Below, one piece after another: positions 12,286 through 26,242 of a DNA stretch of 64,000 nucleotides. The notes under the pieces were generated by a model that saw nothing but the letters and a program-made list of their open reading frames with translations, was not told where the DNA came from and ran no database searches. Source of the stretch: Paecilomyces variotii (lineage: Eukaryota); NCBI GenBank assembly GCA_004022145.1, contig RCNU01000012.1; one strand, written 5' to 3'. The first letter of the stretch is position 1. Each line of letters opens with the position of its first letter. A program made the position numbers and the translations under genes.

Positions 12286-15200
12286 TTTGTGTGTTAAAGG
12301 CGTACGAAATTTATCGTCGAGATAGCAAGTAATTCAATCCAAGTGTAGTGTTCCAGCGCCAGCTTCCGATACGAGGGCGTTGTTCTGACTGTCAGGGAAA
12401 GAGGTTGGGACGTCCTGCGTGACCCTGAAGACCTTCTTCCCTTACGGTCGACGAGAATCTTCGTTCACGGTCGGCTTGCAGGCGTCTGTGTCATCAGCCC
12501 TTCCGCGATAGACTCTGGCAGGTCCGTCGAGATGGACGAGAGTCGTTTCCAGTCGAGTGACGGACACGATCGCGAATGTGCAGCCAGCAGGGGAAGCCAA
12601 TGGTCGATGATGGCAGCGGGATGAGTCGATGGAAGATTGAAACCCGGTATACGTCCCACGGTGAGGGAGACAAGATGACGAGCCCTACCTAGGGGAGAAG
12701 ATCGAAGCGTCGGTGGGGATGGGATTGGCAAGCGTTTCACCCCCTATCTCCTGTGACAACGAGCGACAAGGCGGCGTAATGATCAGCCCTCAACGTCGAC
12801 AAGCAGCGGCTGGATGGCTGATATGGTGACTGCGAGTTCGAGGGAGAGGGTTCAAACGAGAGGAAGATGAGCAAAGGCCCTCAAAAAGTTCGGAATGGAG
12901 ATTGGAAAAGAGCGTGGTGAATTTGGGGGAGGGGGGGAGAAGCGAGGGAGCGACGGGCACACGGCTTGGGGGAGGGTGAGGATGGACAAGCCTGAGTTAA
13001 TTAGGTAGTTAGTCTAGTCTATCTATCCTAGCCTGTTTGGCGTTCAGAACGGAGGAAAAGGAAAATAACGCGGGAGCGGGTAAGGGAACGGTACGCAGGA
13101 ACAATACCGTGGATGTGCTGTCACTACTGGGTGGTTCCTGGGGGTCCTTCTGGGCACACCCGTATGGTTCAGGTACCGGATACAGCTGGAGGGCAGGGAG
13201 CATTACCCAGTAGGGAAACAGGACGCCCGGGGATCCTCGCCTATTCGGGACATTGGAATGGGGCCGGCACGCGCTAGCAGAGAAAGCGGCCTAGCGCGGC
13301 TGCAGGGTGGTCGGCGGATGGAACTTCTCCTGCGCGTTCCTGGCGTCGGGCGTCGTTTGGTCACCACCATAATAATAATTACTCCTGGCTGTACAGCGTG
13401 TATGTATTATTGTCAGTATTGTCAGTAACGCGCATTTTACAGACAGCATCGAGAGGCATATCTAGTAATAACATCCCATTGTCTGGTCAAGTCGGTATGA
13501 TTTACCTTCGATGGATAAGACGGCCAAGGACGGATAATCGATCGACGCGATCGCTGGTCTACTCTGCGTGAAGCGAGATGATGAGCCTTTTGCACCGGAG
13601 CAGTTAGATTGATGTTCTGTGCTTCCGTGCTCGATAATAATAATAACAATAATACCGTACGGAGGACAGCGCCCCTGGGCTAGCAGACAAAACTGTTTGC
13701 TGGCGGTATGCAGGTGTTGGGCATCCCACACGGGCCATGTTTCTTCATTTGTTTTCTTCTGGACGGGAAGACAGCATTCCCTGCAGCAAGACAAAGGAAT
13801 TATTATTATTATAATTATTATTTCATAGACGATGCACTGATAAATATCCTGGAGTACGCGTTCTCTGTACCATACTCGGTGCGTGCGTTAGGAACCGAGG
13901 CCGACCGTCACGACTAGAAAAGATTGCTGCTGGTGTCGCGCCCTCGCGATGGACCTGCGATGATCTGTCGCCATCGCTACTAACTATCTATGGTCCTTTG
14001 AACAATAACAATAATACCATCCACACAACACACAGGACAGACGAGGCGCAGAGGATTGCCAAGTATGACAACCTCATCCTGTCACACCCAGTGATCGATC
14101 TCCTTTGACTGTCTGTCAAGACCCGATTGGATAGAGAGTGTTTCGTGATGCTATTGGGTCGTATTATTATTTAATATTATTTTCTCTCGTCGACAAGAGG
14201 TCCCTTCATGTTAGTCAGGTACGGAAAGGAAGCTGTGGTTACAGGACCAACAGCCTAGTCCTCAATGAGTCTGGAGTTTGGTCCCTGAGCCACCACCGGC
14301 TCAATAGTGGCACAGCCATGTTTCATCCGGGCCGCACTCATGAATCATTTTTGTATGGTAACTTATGTCTGTCTTTCAGCAAAGTGGAAAGGATCGTATG
14401 AAGGAGCGATCCTATTCTGGATGGCTTCCATGGGATAGTGAAGACAAAACTTACGTCTAGAAACAGTGGCCGACCTTGACTTTACTCGCAACCCTCGGAC
14501 CTTCACAGCAAAACGTGATTTATCTATAGCATACATTTTCGCCACCTGCTCCAAGAGGGTTTCTGAGGCATTATGACCGACGGCGACGGGAGTTTACCAG
14601 CCTTGACAAGGAGCCGACTGCGACTGTCATCTAAGTAGGCCACGTTATGAATGCTCGTGGGGCATTGATCTTCGATTCTTTTCGCATTAATTGCTTCGAT
14701 TTCCTTACTTCCTGGAGAAAGGATACATTCCAACGGTATTCCGCCCCGCGATACCTAGATGTACAAACTTTCTTTCCTTTTCACGTCGGATACAGCCGTT
14801 CGTTTTCCGGGGTTCCTTCACATTAGGGTCCCGCAAACTACGCAAACTGATTCTACTGGATTATTTATTATTATTTGGCCCCTGACCCAATCTATCATGG
14901 AGTCTGGCTCTGGGACTCACTTCCGCTGGCAGGGCTTCGAGATCCAGAAGGTGGTCGAGAACGTCCTGCGGAGGGTGCACGGATCCAACGCCAGCAGAGG
15001 GCGAGACAACGTTAGTTAAATACGCGGTCCAGACCGAGACGATATTCATGGTGTTAAACTAGGATTGAGAGGAGTTATAGCAGAGTATGTTCAAGCTCTC
15101 TCCGAATACAATAATCATCACAATGCCACGCTCCAGAAAGCGCTGTGTGTGGAAGAAAGATCGTATCCCGTCCTCATAAGTAATCGTGTTTTCTTCCCGC

Positions 15201-15860
15201 GCACCATGGTCCATATCCGCACTCTCGTGCCTGAAAAGAAAAACATCCAAAATCCACCGTTCCACACGTCCTATTCCTCATCTGGCTGCTAGGAATCATT
15301 CCCGAGGTCTTTTTTTTTACTGTTGTTTCCATTCCGGCGGACAGGGCTGCCTGTTTCGACGTACGGAAAGATCGGGAGTCCGTCTGTTTTTTTCCGCGTT
15401 CTAGAACACCAGTCACATTTTCGTGAGGCTGATCCTAAAAAAAAGGATAAACAACCATTAGTTACTTACTACGGAGTAATAATAATAATAATACTTCACA
15501 GTACGAGACATAGTTAAGCGAAGGACGTAATGGTTAGTTAGTCAAGGACGGGCACTCTAAATAATAGCATCATTGTCTCGAGTCCGTGTGGAACAAACCA
15601 CTATCCCACTTCTACGTGTTCAACATCAGACATGTAGCGTGGTCACTGTCGCTCTACAGGTGCCTAAGGTGATAAAAAATACCAATAATGTAGAGTAAAG
15701 CCGAAGCAAAAGTATACCACTTAATTACCAACCAAATTATCGCCAGAAGAGAGATGCTCAGATATATTAATAATAATTACCCCGACAGCAGCCCTCAGAC
15801 TAACTAGCTGTCCTAGGGTACAGTTAGGTAACTACGGAGTATTATTACCTAGCACTTTCC

Positions 15861-15940
15861 TCTATCTATCTATCTAGAGTCCGATCATCTTCGAACTAGA
15901 GTAAAAACTAAACTAAGATCTATCTATCTATCTATCTATC
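15861..15940. repeat. two short (TATC)n tetranucleotide tracts in AT-rich intergenic DNA
   Basis: tctatctatctatcta near 15860-15876 and atctatctatctatctatctatc near 15918-15940. Confidence 0.7.
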
Positions 15941-16941
15941 GTTCTAAATTTATCATTCTATGTCTTTCTTCTTCACTGTCAATTTCTTCCCACATAAATC
16001 ACTCTAATAACTAATAACTAGTCTAATAGTTAACCAATCGATAATCGATAATCCAACGAAATATTTCCTCGAAAGAAATCTATCAGATTACGTATTCAAA
16101 TAAGGGCCATTGGGATCGTTTTGTTCACGATTATCATATTAACATGAAGGTTCGTGCCAAGAAGGTAGGTAGGAGCAAGTTAACTACCATATGTCTCGAG
16201 CCTTGTTTCGGATCAGTCAACGATGTAATAGTCTAGCGGGACTTCCAAGTTATTCATTATTATTCATGAGTTTGGTTTGAAGTATCGATGGCTTGGCCTA
16301 ATACTACGTCATATTGCTGCTGGAAAGAGCATATCCAGATATCTAACTAGATACGATCAAGTTATGGTAAATAGAGTATGGTTGAGATCATCTTATGGTG
16401 TATTGAAGACATCTTGGCTATTGAAGCGCTGATTGAATCCAGTGGGGATACTTGTGGCGGTGATGCAATCCATCAGAAGATCCCTACGCAGACTCGTAGA
16501 GTATGAACTGTCGGCGAGATTGGAAGCTGGACGCTACTCGAGATCCTTGCTGATCACAACGTCATCGGATCTCAACCCTGCTGCAATAGCGCCACTTCAT
16601 CATGTATCTGCTCTACCGTAGTCTAGGTAGAGTTACGGCTATGGGCAGCGATTCTACGTTGGATGAACGCTAACTATATCGAAGCTTTAAGCCTTTGAAC
16701 ACTGTTATTCTATTCTATACCAGTAATTACAAAACTTAATCATCAATCATCCTGCCACGCCGTGTATTGGCGTCTCAAACTTTTGACTCTTGGCGTCTAA
16801 TACCCTTAGAACCCGTATCTTACTTTCTTCCATGTGCGATTTCCACCACTGCGTGAGTGTGCCGTGTAAAAACGATCCTATACAGGTAGACGCAATTCGA
16901 CTCTCTTCCTGTGGGACGGAGCCCTGCTCAAAGGGATACGT

Positions 16942-17964
16942 CTATGGCTTAGGGATTTTGATGGTCTTGCTGACCATGAGACAGCCACTGACAGCGAAGA
17001 GCAGTGCGATCGGGTGGAACTCAAAAGGTGTGCCTTCAGCCACGAGGCCCAAAGGTAGGTCATCGAGAATCCAACCCTGGGAGACCCAGTAGGCCATGAT
17101 AGATGCAATAGACAGAGTTGTCGGGATCGGAGTTCCTTCAAAGTACCTGGACTTGCCAGTCTTGTCTTTGGGCAAGACGGCAACGGTCACATTGAACCGC
17201 GCAAGTCTAGTGAGACCGCAGAGAACGAAGAAGGCAAGGATCAAGTGGTCGACCGGGGTGCGGATTCCAAGAGCGAAGGCCGCGGCAGCGGGCGAAACAC
17301 CGAATGAAATCTAGAAGTTGAAAGAATCTATCAGCATACGTTGGAACGTCTTGCCGCACGGATAGAAAATGCCTACCAGGTCGGCCAGCGAGTCGAGTTC
17401 CTGGCCCATCAGAGATGACTTTCTCCTCCATCTCGCGACCTTTCCGTCCATGAAATCAAAGAATAGACCAAAGGGCATGAATGCCAGGGCCGCCCAGATA
17501 GCGCCGTATTCGTGAGAGTCTCCTAGGCAGTAACGCATCGACGAAAAGACCGACATCACTGCAGAGACGTGTCAGCTCAGCCTCGTAGGGGTCGTATAGA
17601 AATGGAGAACTTGCCTCCGCAGAATCCTAACAATCGTAATCAGCATGTCTGTCACTATCTAATGGGGAGCTGCAATATTCGTACCATTGAGCTCAGTGAT
17701 GAGATCAGCAAGGTGTAGAGCCCTGGCAACGAAGTCTCAATCAGCATACCGATCTCGTCGACGGGCAATCGTAATAACCAACCTGACCAAGCTAAAGTGG
17801 CCTGTTTCCTGAGATAGAAGCATCTTCTGCTTCTCTTGCCCTGCGCGTGTCGGTCAGCTCCTCAACTTCATATGGGAGATTCTCGTCCACATACCGCCGT
17901 CCGAGCCCGGCGCAGCGCCGGTACTGGAATCAGACACAGAAGAAACGGGAGTCCTCCTCGACAT
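16942..17964 (-). CDS. cho1: CDP-diacylglycerol--serine O-phosphatidyltransferase (phosphatidylserine synthase), 6 exons
   Basis: CDP-alcohol phosphotransferase motif [31 protein letters not shown], plus [19 protein letters not shown] and C-terminal [11 protein letters not shown]. Start ATG at 17964 (MSRRTP). Includes a 12-nt micro-exon and a GC-AG intron. Confidence 0.93.
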
Positions 17965-18502
17965 TATAAATGCAAATGACTGATTTGTATCCTATAGATG
18001 CCAGTGTGAAATAAAGAGTGGAGAAATAAAGCAATCGATTAGACCGTGAGGGACTCCGGAAGGATGGAAGGGCCAGCAGGCAGTTAAATCATTGACTGGG
18101 CAGACAATTTCACGGCCGTGTCAACCTGGCCCAAGCCACAGTGCCGACCGCCCGGCCAGACGTCATTGTCTGGAGAAGATCAGCCCGAGCTCAGCCACAA
18201 CTCGCTCGAATTTGTTGGCCGATGAGGCTATCTACAGTCAAATAATCACTCAACTATGGTAGACACTGCTAGATTTTCTAAACACGGAAACAAAACTGGG
18301 CGCTGGCAGAAGACCTGCATTGAGCTGCTACAACGAGATCGACTCGATGGGTAGTCAGGTGATATTCTACAGTCTCTGCTGAGACAAAAGCGATAACTGT
18401 TTTTAGGAACATAATAAGATATTCAGGCACATAATCCCGTCAAAGAGCTCCCGTTTTCCCGAACGCCGTAAGAAGACAAAAGGGCAACTTAGAGGAAGGC
18501 AC

Positions 18503-19412
18503 CTAGAAACGGCCCCGGCCTCCACGAGGGGCTCCTCTTCCGCCTCCCCTGGAGAAACCACCGCCGCGACCTCCAGCTCCTCCCCGGGAGAATCCACCAC
18601 GGCCTCTGGGGGCACCTCCTCTTCCGCCACGGGAGAATCCTCCTCTAGGGGCTCCTCTGCCACCACGGGCGCCGCCGCGACCGGCTCCAGCGGGCTTCTT
18701 GGCTTTCGTGACACCTATATCATGTTAATAAACCGTATACAGAAGATATTCGGAGAAAGAGCCATCTACCTGTAGGCTTGGGCTTTGGCAGGAACCTGGT
18801 TTGGATAGTCAGTAAAGTCATTCTTGCTAGACGATCTAGGTGATGAATAACATACTTCTCAAGCGGAAGAAGCTTGTCTCCTCCAATGTAGAACTTGTCG
18901 CCGGTCTTGAAAGAAGTGGCGACGATTCCCTCCTGGGGCTTGATGGTGAAGTAAACCTGGTTGATCGGGCCCAAAACTTCATCAACCTTTCCAACCGGAG
19001 TCTGGCGCAGACGGGTTAGCACAGCCCTTGCTGATTATCACCATATAGCCGGACATACTTTGTTCTCGAGGTAGATCGGGGCGTTGAAGTAGGGGATCTT
19101 CGGGTTGATCGATTCGCAGACCATCTCTCCCTCGCAAGCGTGCATGAAAGTACCCATTTCTATAGAAGAACAGACATCAGAATGTGTAATAGCGACCGGA
19201 TCTTCGAGTATATTTACCTAGCACTTGCGCTGGTGGGCCGACAGGCTGCTGGAAACCTCCGCGTCCTGTAGCAAGAAAAATTTCGTTAGTTTCGCGAATC
19301 CCATCTCAGGCATCGCATCGGCTTCATTCTGCTTACCACCACGCGATCCGAAGCCTCCCCTGTTAGCGCCTGTGGCAAAGCCACGGCCACGACCACCTCC
19401 GCGGAAAGACAT
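18503..19412 (-). CDS. gar1: H/ACA snoRNP subunit Gar1
   Basis: N- and C-terminal RGG repeats flank the core [55 protein letters not shown]. Ends RGRF-TAG at 18503. Multiple short introns. Confidence 0.95.
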
Positions 19413-19522
19413 GCTGCGTAAATTGATGATATCGTGATGGTCAAGGGAGGCTGGCTTGAGGAGTTTTCGATGTGGGAAGCTTAAAGCGGTAAAGTGTCGC
19501 TAGCGAGCCAAAGCTTGATAGC

Positions 19523-19535
19523 ATCACGTGACTCA
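19523..19535. promoter_or_regulatory. overlapping E-box (ATCACGTGAC, Cbf1/bHLH-like) and CpcA/Gcn4 site (TGACTCA) in the gar1-ths1 divergent promoter
   Basis: Sequence ATCACGTGACTCA. TGACTCA at 19529-19535 is the canonical Gcn4/CpcA element and lies ~140 bp upstream of an aminoacyl-tRNA synthetase start. Confidence 0.5.
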
Positions 19536-19674
19536 CCGCCTTCCGTCCCTCACTCTCCATTTATCGCGGGACTGGTGGGATATCCCGCGAGGAGTCATTA
19601 TCGACGCTGATCTGCCTCTCCCCACGGATACAGAACCTTGACCGTTCCTGTGCAGGCTTCGTCTTGGGATAAAC

Positions 19675-22120
19675 ATGGCTTCTGAAGGTCCCAAGGACCT
19701 CCCCACCAGGCCGGCCGAGGCTGCCCCTGCTGCGGACTCCTCCGCACAAGCCCCGCCAAAGCCTGCGTCCAAAAAGGCTCCTGCTCCCGCCGACAATCTC
19801 CCCGATTTCATTATTGAGCGCAACAAGCTCTTCGAGGAGCTCTGGCAGGAGTATCTGCAGGAGCTCAAGAACAAGCCCCACCCAGATGTGAACATCACGA
19901 TCGATCTCGGCGATGGCAAGACGTCCACCGTCACTGCAAAGGCCTTCGAGACCACTCCTGCCCAATTGCTGAAGGATGTCCCGAAGGAGTTGAGCGCCAA
20001 CGTTGTTGTTTCCAAAGTCAACGGCGAGCTTTGGGACCTGAACCGGCCATTTGAGCAGGATGCGAAGGTGTCTTACGTTCCTTTCGATTCTCCCGAAGGC
20101 AAGGAAGTTTTCTGGCACTCCAGCGCTCACTGCTTGGGTGAGGCCTGTGAGTGCGAATATGGATGTCTGCTTTCCCACGGACCCCCAACGCCTCAGGGTT
20201 TCTTCTACGATATGGCAATGCCAGACGGGTATGTTATCTGCTTCGCTTCTCTCGTCCAAGATCATAGGCTAATTGGATGGGTTTTTATTTTAGACGTGTT
20301 GTCAAAGAGACCGACTGGCCTGTCCTGGACTCCAGAGCGAACCGAGTCTTCAAGGAGAAGCAGAGTTTCGACCGCCTCGAAGTTTCGAAGGAGAACCTCC
20401 GCAAGATGTTCGCATACAGCAAGTACAAGCTGCACTACATTGATAAGCTGGTGACAGGAGAGAAGAGCACTGTCTACCGCTGTGGTACACTGGTGGATCT
20501 GTGCCGTGGCCCGCACATTCAGAACACTGGCAAGATAAAGACTTTCAAGATTATGCAGGTATGTAGTGCATTCCAAGGTACCTGTCCTCCGGATGCTGAC
20601 TAGATACGCAGAACTCTTCGGCCTATTTCCTCGGAGACCAGTCCAACGACTCCCTGCAGCGTATCCGTGGTGTCGCATTCCCCGACAAGAAGCAGATGCA
20701 GGAGCACCTGAAGTTCCTGGAAGAGGCAGAGAAGCGCAATCACCTGAAGATCGGCAAGGAACAGGAGCTTTTCTTCTTTGACGAAGTCTCCCCCGGATGT
20801 CCTTTCTTGCTTCCTAACGGAACCAAGATATTCAATGCCTTGCAGAAGCTGCTTCGCTCAGAGTACCGGAAGCGTGGCTACCAGGAAGTCCAGACGCCAA
20901 ACATGTACGATGTGGGCATCTGGAAAACCTCTGGTCACTGGGCCCATTACAAGGATGACATGTTCAAACTGGATGTTGAGAAGAGAGAGTGGGCCCTTAA
21001 GCCTATGAACTGCCCTGGTCATTTCATGCTCTTCGGTCACCGTGAGAGGAGTTACAGGGAACTTCCTCTGAGAATTGCGGACTTTGGAGTCTTGCACAGA
21101 AACGAGGCCTCGGGCGCTCTCAGCGGTCTCACGCGTGTACGGAAGTTCCAGCAGGATGATACCCACATCTTCTGTACCGCCGACCAGGTATGCTAATCTC
21201 CGAATACCACGCCTTGTGCGATATCTAACTTGATCCAGATTACCTCGGAAATCGAAGGTCTCTTTGACTTCCTCAAGTCTATCTACGGACTCTTCGGCTT
21301 CACATTCAAGCTGAACCTGTCCACCCGCCCCGAAAAATACTTGGGTGATATTGAGACCTGGAACTACGCTGAGAAGCAACTCCAGGAAGCCATGACCAGG
21401 TTCGTCGGTAACGACTGGGTTCTCAACGAGGGTGACGGTGCCTTCTATGGCCCGAAGATCGACATCACGATTGCCGATGCCTTGAAGCGAGAGTTCCAGT
21501 GTGCCACCATTCAGCTTGATTACCAGGCTCCCATCAACTTCAAGCTCGAATACATGACAAATGAGACGGGCAAAGCTCCTGCGGAGGAGGCGAAGAAGGA
21601 AGGAGAAGCCAAGCCTAACGAGCCCGGTCCTGGTCGTGCTCGTCCCATCGTCATCCACCGTGCCATTATTGGAAGTTTCGAGCGATTCCTCGGAATCCTC
21701 ATTGAGCACTTTGGTGGCAAGTGGCCATTCTGGCTCAGTCCGCGCCAGATTCTGATCGTGCCTGTGATGCCTGCTGTCAACGACTACGTCGAAGAGCTGC
21801 AGACGATCCTGCGCGGGGACAAGCTCAATGTCGACATCGACATTAGCGGCAACACCATGCAGAAGAAGATCCGTACTGGACAACTAGCTCAGTACAACTT
21901 TATCTTCGGTATGTAGTCTATTTGCCGTGGTCTATATAGCATGTCAGACGCTAACACTCTTACAGTTGTTGGTGCCCAGGAGAAGGAGTCACGCTCCGTC
22001 AACATCCGTAACCGCGACGACCCGGCCACTCAGGCGAAGGGTGTTATGGTCCCTCTGGAAGAGGCCCGCGTCAAGCTACGAGCTCTGAGAAAGGAGAGGA
22101 GATTGGTCAACGCCCTTTAA
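19675..22120 (+). CDS. ths1: threonyl-tRNA synthetase (cytosolic), 5 exons
   Basis: TGS domain, editing motifs FWHSSAH and DLCRGPH, catalytic core [59 protein letters not shown], and anticodon-binding domain. Stop TAA 22118-22120. Confidence 0.97.
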
Positions 22121-23909
22121 GAGAGGTGGCCTGTTCGACGATCGAGGAAATACGTTGTTATTTTCGGTTGATAATGCATCTCAGCGCGGAGTTGTGCCAG
22201 AAGAGGTTGACTTTCTGAGCATATAAGGTGAATATAGTGAGTCTATGAGCGATGTATGTGTTGGCGTCGATGATTATGAGAATCCCAAAATGGAAACCCT
22301 GGGGTCTGTCTTGAGCAGTATCTACGGTGAAGACATTTTCCGAGATCGAGATCTCATTCTCATACCACATATATTACCTTATAACGGCCTGACGAGGTAG
22401 CTACAGGCCCACGAGTAGTTCAAAAAAGAGAATAGGAGCATGTGCCCAGTGAATAAACTGAGTTGTCATTACGTGTATACTCTTCCCACGTAATGCCGTC
22501 TCTGTTTCAATCTAAACTGCTCGATTGGAGAACTTGGTAATTAATATGTTATTCTATCATAACCCCAAGACTGTGTATGATCTTAAAAGGAAGGAACTCA
22601 CGAGACCTCAAGACCAGCGACGTAGCCTTGGCGAACAGCATGTCATTTCTCTCGAGTATTCGAAAGGGATCGAGATGCTTTCCGGCCCTGAAGCATGGCT
22701 GGATGAAAACCGCAGCGCAATTTGGCGGCACGACCCGCGTGGCTGCGGGAGCAGGATCAACGATCTTAGATACGGCCGGGACGCTTGGTGATGGAGAAGG
22801 ACTGTTCTAACTTCTCACCATCGGACGCCTCGGGCCATGGCAGGCTGGTGGATTGTTTCATCTGGCGCCGAGACAAAAAAGAAGGGTCGGCGGTGGATAA
22901 GTTGGTTACTGTATGGTAGATAGTAGTCCCGCCGCCGGAGTTATTATTATTATTATCGAATGAATGCTGGTTTATTTATTTTATTATTATTAACTATTCA
23001 GTTGGTATTTTTCTATTTTAATTAATTGATTAATCGATTGATTATTATTATTAATTTACTATGAATTAATACTGACTCTTCAAGTGGACCACCACATCTT
23101 CAGCCCCTCCGCCCACCAAGACAAAACAACGGGACGATCCCGGCGTCACCTCTTCTTTCTCTCTCTCACTTCAACTTCAACTTCCTCGAGTCTCACTTGC
23201 TCTCTTTGTTCACGTTGGACCATCCATCAGTTCTCTAGTGCAACTACTCTTTCTCTTTTCTTCTTCTTCTTTTATTTCTTTTTGTTTTCATCTGTGACAT
23301 CTTTGTTGTGCTCTTGTTTCTTTCCTGTCCTGTGCTGGGTCACTTGCATCTTCCTCGATAACGAACGGGCGATTGCGCGTGCACCAGCGATCCACTAATC
23401 AACCACCACTCACTACTAACGGTGACCGGCAGCAGCAACTGCGTCTTTGGCCTGAGCCCGAACGCCCAATTACTTGACTGTTTCTGCCTCTGCCCCTCGT
23501 TTCCTCTGCGGCCACTATCCCAGAACCTTCGTCTCTTGCATCGAGTCGCTGTTCTTCTCGTGAAGACTCGCCTTCCCACCCGACCCCCCTGATATCGCCT
23601 ATCCGCAACGGTCTGCGGGGCCATTGATCTTTGCCTCGCCCTAGACGGTCCATTACGCCGACCAGAAGCTTTTTTTTGGCTCATCGTCAGGCGCCCTCAA
23701 GTCTGTCGCGACTGCCGAGACAAAGAATAAGTCCGATTTGGGGGGTTTTTTTATTTTTCTTTTTGAAAGCCCGTCTTGTCGAAGTTCCCCCGTTGGGAAT
23801 TCTCCATCTACAGCTCTCATAGTCGAAACCTCCCCCCGCGGCGGTTTTCCCCACGTTGCAGACAAGTCCACGAGAAGCGGTCTGGCAGGCATCGATCTAT
23901 ACTGCAGCC

Positions 23910-25528
<1,619 letters not shown>

Positions 25529-26242
25529 ATAACGTAGCCGTTTTCTTCTCTTTCTCGGCGCGGTCGTTGTTTTTGATTCCCTTCCAGAAGAATATTTGAT
25601 GTAGCAAGAAGTTATTGGAACACCCCCCCCCAAAGAATCGAGGACAATTATTTTGATGTACAACCCTTACTGTCTCATTATCATTCATGAGACTAGCCGA
25701 ACTCCCTTCATACTTTATACATCTCGTCACTGTTTATACGTACGTACGGTACAAGCACGGTGGAAACTACCGTTCCAGAGTAATCTATCTTCAATCTCCG
25801 CCTGAGGGACTAGCTAGCCTCTGATATAGACTTGAAAGAGGATCGGCCACTCGCTGGAAATGAAAGACAGTATTTTTTTCATTTTCTTTTGAAAAGGATA
25901 ATATGAGCGGTACTACAGGTACTAGTATAGAAAGTACAGAATGGAGATTTGGATAACTTAATAAGAGTATGATCTAGAATCTAGATAGATGACAGCGATA
26001 CATCGGGATCGCTAAACCAAAAGATAATAATAATAGTAGTAGTAGTAATAAATACTAATAATCCAATATCGCGAAGATTGAGCCGATCTATATGGTATAT
26101 TTTCCAAGATTCCAAGCAAACAAACATGGTACATAAAACAACAACAAACGAAAAAAGCAAAGTCATAGTTCGTATCATTCGATGAAATTCGCTTCAAGAA
26201 AAAAAAAAAAAAGAAAGGACAAAAGAAAAAGAGGTGTGTGTG

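Noticed and set aside
14897-15019. Short GC-rich ATG ORF (MESGSGTHFRWQGFEIQKVVENVLRRVHGSNASRGRDNVS)
   Set aside because: Only 40 codons, with no family resemblance and no supporting exon structure.
15400-16620. AT- and TpA-rich stretch that might be a RIP-mutated transposon relic
   Set aside because: No terminal repeats, target-site duplication or transposase/RT remnants could be identified by eye. It needs a repeat-library search.
20858-21883. 341-aa antisense ORF (also 19561-20265) opposite threonyl-tRNA synthetase
   Set aside because: Shadow ORFs expected from the codon bias of a highly expressed gene (few TTA/CTA/TCA codons). No independent protein motifs.
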